DNA from: Gracilinanus agilis
Taxonomy: Eukaryota
Reading direction: 5' to 3'
Assembly: GCF_016433145.1 (NCBI RefSeq)
Contig: NC_058135.1
Span: 288,185,810-288,249,809 of the forward strand
Length of the DNA: 64,000 nucleotides
The position numbers and the translations under genes were made by a program. The notes under the pieces were generated by a model. The model saw only the letters and a list, made by a program, of their open reading frames with translations. It had not been told where the DNA came from and did not search any database. This document shows, one piece after another, positions 61,790 through 64,000 of this stretch (position 1 is the stretch's first letter; every line of letters begins with the position of its first letter).

Positions 61790-63650
61790 TTCCCTCCCCA
61801 AAGGTCTGGCCCCCTCCCCCCAGGAGCTTGGCATCCGGCCCCGGCAGGGCTGAGCGCCCACGACCGGACCACGGCAGCTTACCCCGGTGACGGCCCGCGG
61901 AAGGACCCGGCCCGGGATACACTCAGCCCTAGGAGCCCAGAGAGACTGCAGGTGAAGAAGCAGACGCTGGCCGCCTAGTAACCAGCCTCCCCGCCCCTTC
62001 CCAGCCGGAAGTTCGAGCTGGAGAACATTAACTTCCGGCCCTGGATGGAGGGGGGGGAACGGAGAGCTCTGGATGTACCAAATGCACCTCCGAACGTGGC
62101 CATATCCGCACAGATCATTCGTGAATCCTTTAGAAAATTACCAAGAGCTGTTGTCATGCGGAACCTAGGAAATCAGAAGTGTTTTTGGCAAGAAACTCCT
62201 TGCTCTGGAAGCACTGATTTCCCCCGTTTTTTGGGTAAAACATGGTATTATCTTCACGCCCACTACCGCCCAGAGGGCTCCAGCCCCGCCCGCGGCCCGT
62301 ACTTAGGCCTGTACCATTGGTGGGGGTGGGCGGTCAGAGAGATTGATTTTGGAGGGCCAAAGGGCCGAAATCCGGAAGAAATGAGGCGAGGAGCCACACC
62401 TATAGCAACAGATACCCAAACTTTGATGGCCGCACGATTCTCAAGGGGAACGTTGGTCCCTGACGCTGAGAATTAAGTTCTTCTAAATTAGAAGCACCAC
62501 GGTCATAGTCCATGCCCAGAGATAGATCCTCGTGGCTCCTTTTGATTCGTCAAGTGGAAGGCTCGCCGACCAATAGGAAAAGCGTGTTGATGCCAGGCGG
62601 ACAGGACTCTGTCGACCAACCAGGATCCGAAGGGCGGGGAGGAGGCGTGGTCCCAGCTGAGGCTCCAAGGGGCAGAGCCTCCCTGGGGCGTGGCAGGGGT
62701 TCTGGAAAGTGACAAAGGCGCCGTAGGCTATTAATCCTGGACTGAGGAAAGTGGCGGGTCCAGAAGTTTACCTGAGCTGTTCCCAGGACCACCCAGCAGG
62801 GGAAAGAGTTTAAGGCTGGGTACTGGAAGCTTCCGTGCTGTTCGTGTATCCCGCCTCCCCTGTCTTGTGACTTTGGACTTCGCCTGTCGCCCCGGGCCGC
62901 AGGCCTCTCTGCCCACCGTAGGCATCTGTGCCCAACTCCTCCCGGCCCTTTGTCTTCCCTTGTCTCTGCCTCTTCTGTTGGGATGGGGATGGGGAAGGGG
63001 AGAGAGGCTAGAGCGTTTCTGACCCTAAGAGTTACCTACTTGCCGGTAGCTTAGGTTTGCTCAGGGCAAAAGAACAACAGTGTCGCCTCAAATATCCTTC
63101 CCCCAGGTGTGGGGCAGGGCCCTGACTGGAGGATCTTTTCAGGACTGGCCCAGGAAAGAAAGGTTTGAATGTGGACTGAGGGTGTCACTGAAGCCCTGTT
63201 GTTCTGGAAGCATCTGATCTCACTTCTGAAAGGAGGGAGCTTAGAAGAAACCTTAGAGGGCCAACTGTTTTATTTGTGCTGGTCTTAAAGATAGGAAATC
63301 CTTGGTGCCCAGGATGAGACTGGCATAGAGTAGAGCCTGTCTTTGGGCCAGACTGTAGTTCAGGAACACTGAACATCCTGAGGCCTTTGGATAGCCAGGG
63401 GATATGTAATATAGGATTTTAGCATTGCCATTTTGGCATATTACAGATATCACCAGGGCGATGGTCCAGCTGCAGAAGTGCAGGAAACCCAGAGGAAGTG
63501 ATGCAGGTCAGACTATCAAGGGAGCCAAGGGGTGTCTGAAGTGGTACAGGGTGAGGCTTGTAGTGGAGGTAGGCTGATTTTTACCCTTGAAACAAGAAGG
63601 TGAAAGAGCCTCTGGCTCTGTCCCTTGGACTGACAAGCCACTATTTCTAG
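61790..63650 (-). promoter_or_regulatory. Duplicated SYVN1 promoter + exon 1 + start of intron 1 (cassette copy B)
   Basis: Paired ETS sites 62005-62012 and 62031-62038 (same 26-bp offset as 31400/31426); shared TACCAAATGCACC (62076 / 31460) and ACCAATAGGAAAAGCG (62569 / 31996); minus-strand GGG|GTAAGC donor at 61882; colinear with 31150-33290 plus 35410-35630. Confidence 0.85.
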
Positions 63651-63684
63651 TGCCTTTCATCTCTCAGTTATTTCCAGCTTATCC

Positions 63685-64000
63685 TGTGTTAGGGACCAAG
63701 ACTTTAAGAAAAGATAGTCACTCTTCTAAGAATAGATATCATTCACTCTTCTAAGATAAGATATTGATCATAGGCCCAGCCTTGCTTGGAGATAGTAAGA
63801 CGCCACCAGAGATTTTCTATGCTCCCTTTCCGCATTCCTTTCCCCCTTAGTATCTGCCCACCCCCTTCTGTCCTCAGCGTATATATTCTTGTCATAGATC
63901 TCCAATAAACGAGCCTCGTATCCATCAAAACGACTCTGTGTCTTGCACGCGAGGTTTCCCCTCTTCTTCCCCTATGGGTAATTAGGTTGCCGTTTCCCTG
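63685..64000 (+). mobile_element. Young LTR, truncated by the window end
   Basis: Starts TGTGTTAGGG; TATA-like GTATATAT ~63879; AATAAA 63904-63909; CpG retained. Confidence 0.6.

Noticed and set aside
61007-61922. 200-284 aa 'ORFs' rich in F/L/S/P or E/K/R/G
   Set aside because: Translation artefacts of the polypurine tract.
33000-64000. Expected syntenic SPDYC/CAPN1 exons
   Set aside because: No Speedy-box (DKYLLAM, LYLANDMEED) or calpain peptide found. These genes may simply lie beyond the window, so absence is uninformative.

Overview
Eukaryotic (marsupial) genomic DNA, most likely a didelphid opossum such as Monodelphis domestica, inferred from abundant young SINE1_Mdo-like tRNA-derived SINEs. 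The left half (1-32 kb) holds the gene cluster syntenic with human 11q13.1: VPS51 (+, 10 exons, 774 aa), TM7SF2 (+, 10 exons, 421 aa), ZNHIT2 (-, 1 exon, 378 aa), FAU (-, 4 coding exons plus a non-coding TOP exon, 133 aa), MRPL49 (+, 4 exons, 170 aa) and SYVN1/HRD1 (-, 15 coding exons plus a non-coding exon 1, 594 aa). All six reading frames reconstruct intact across GT-AG junctions. The right half (33-64 kb) has no recognisable protein gene and is mostly L1, L3/CR1, SINE and LTR debris with a 171-N gap. It does contain a local triplication, with ~15 kb spacing, of the SYVN1 upstream region. The copy at ~61.8-63.6 kb retains the CpG-rich promoter, paired ETS sites, exon 1 and a splice donor, but its ER-stress elements (ERSE, UPRE-II) are point-mutated. 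Other notable items are a perfect 26-bp hairpin of pre-miRNA size, a young hAT MITE, and a 1.66-kb LTR-like element with a small transmembrane-like ORF. No rRNA, genuine tRNA gene or CRISPR array was found. Family names and human comparisons are from memory; no database searches were run.
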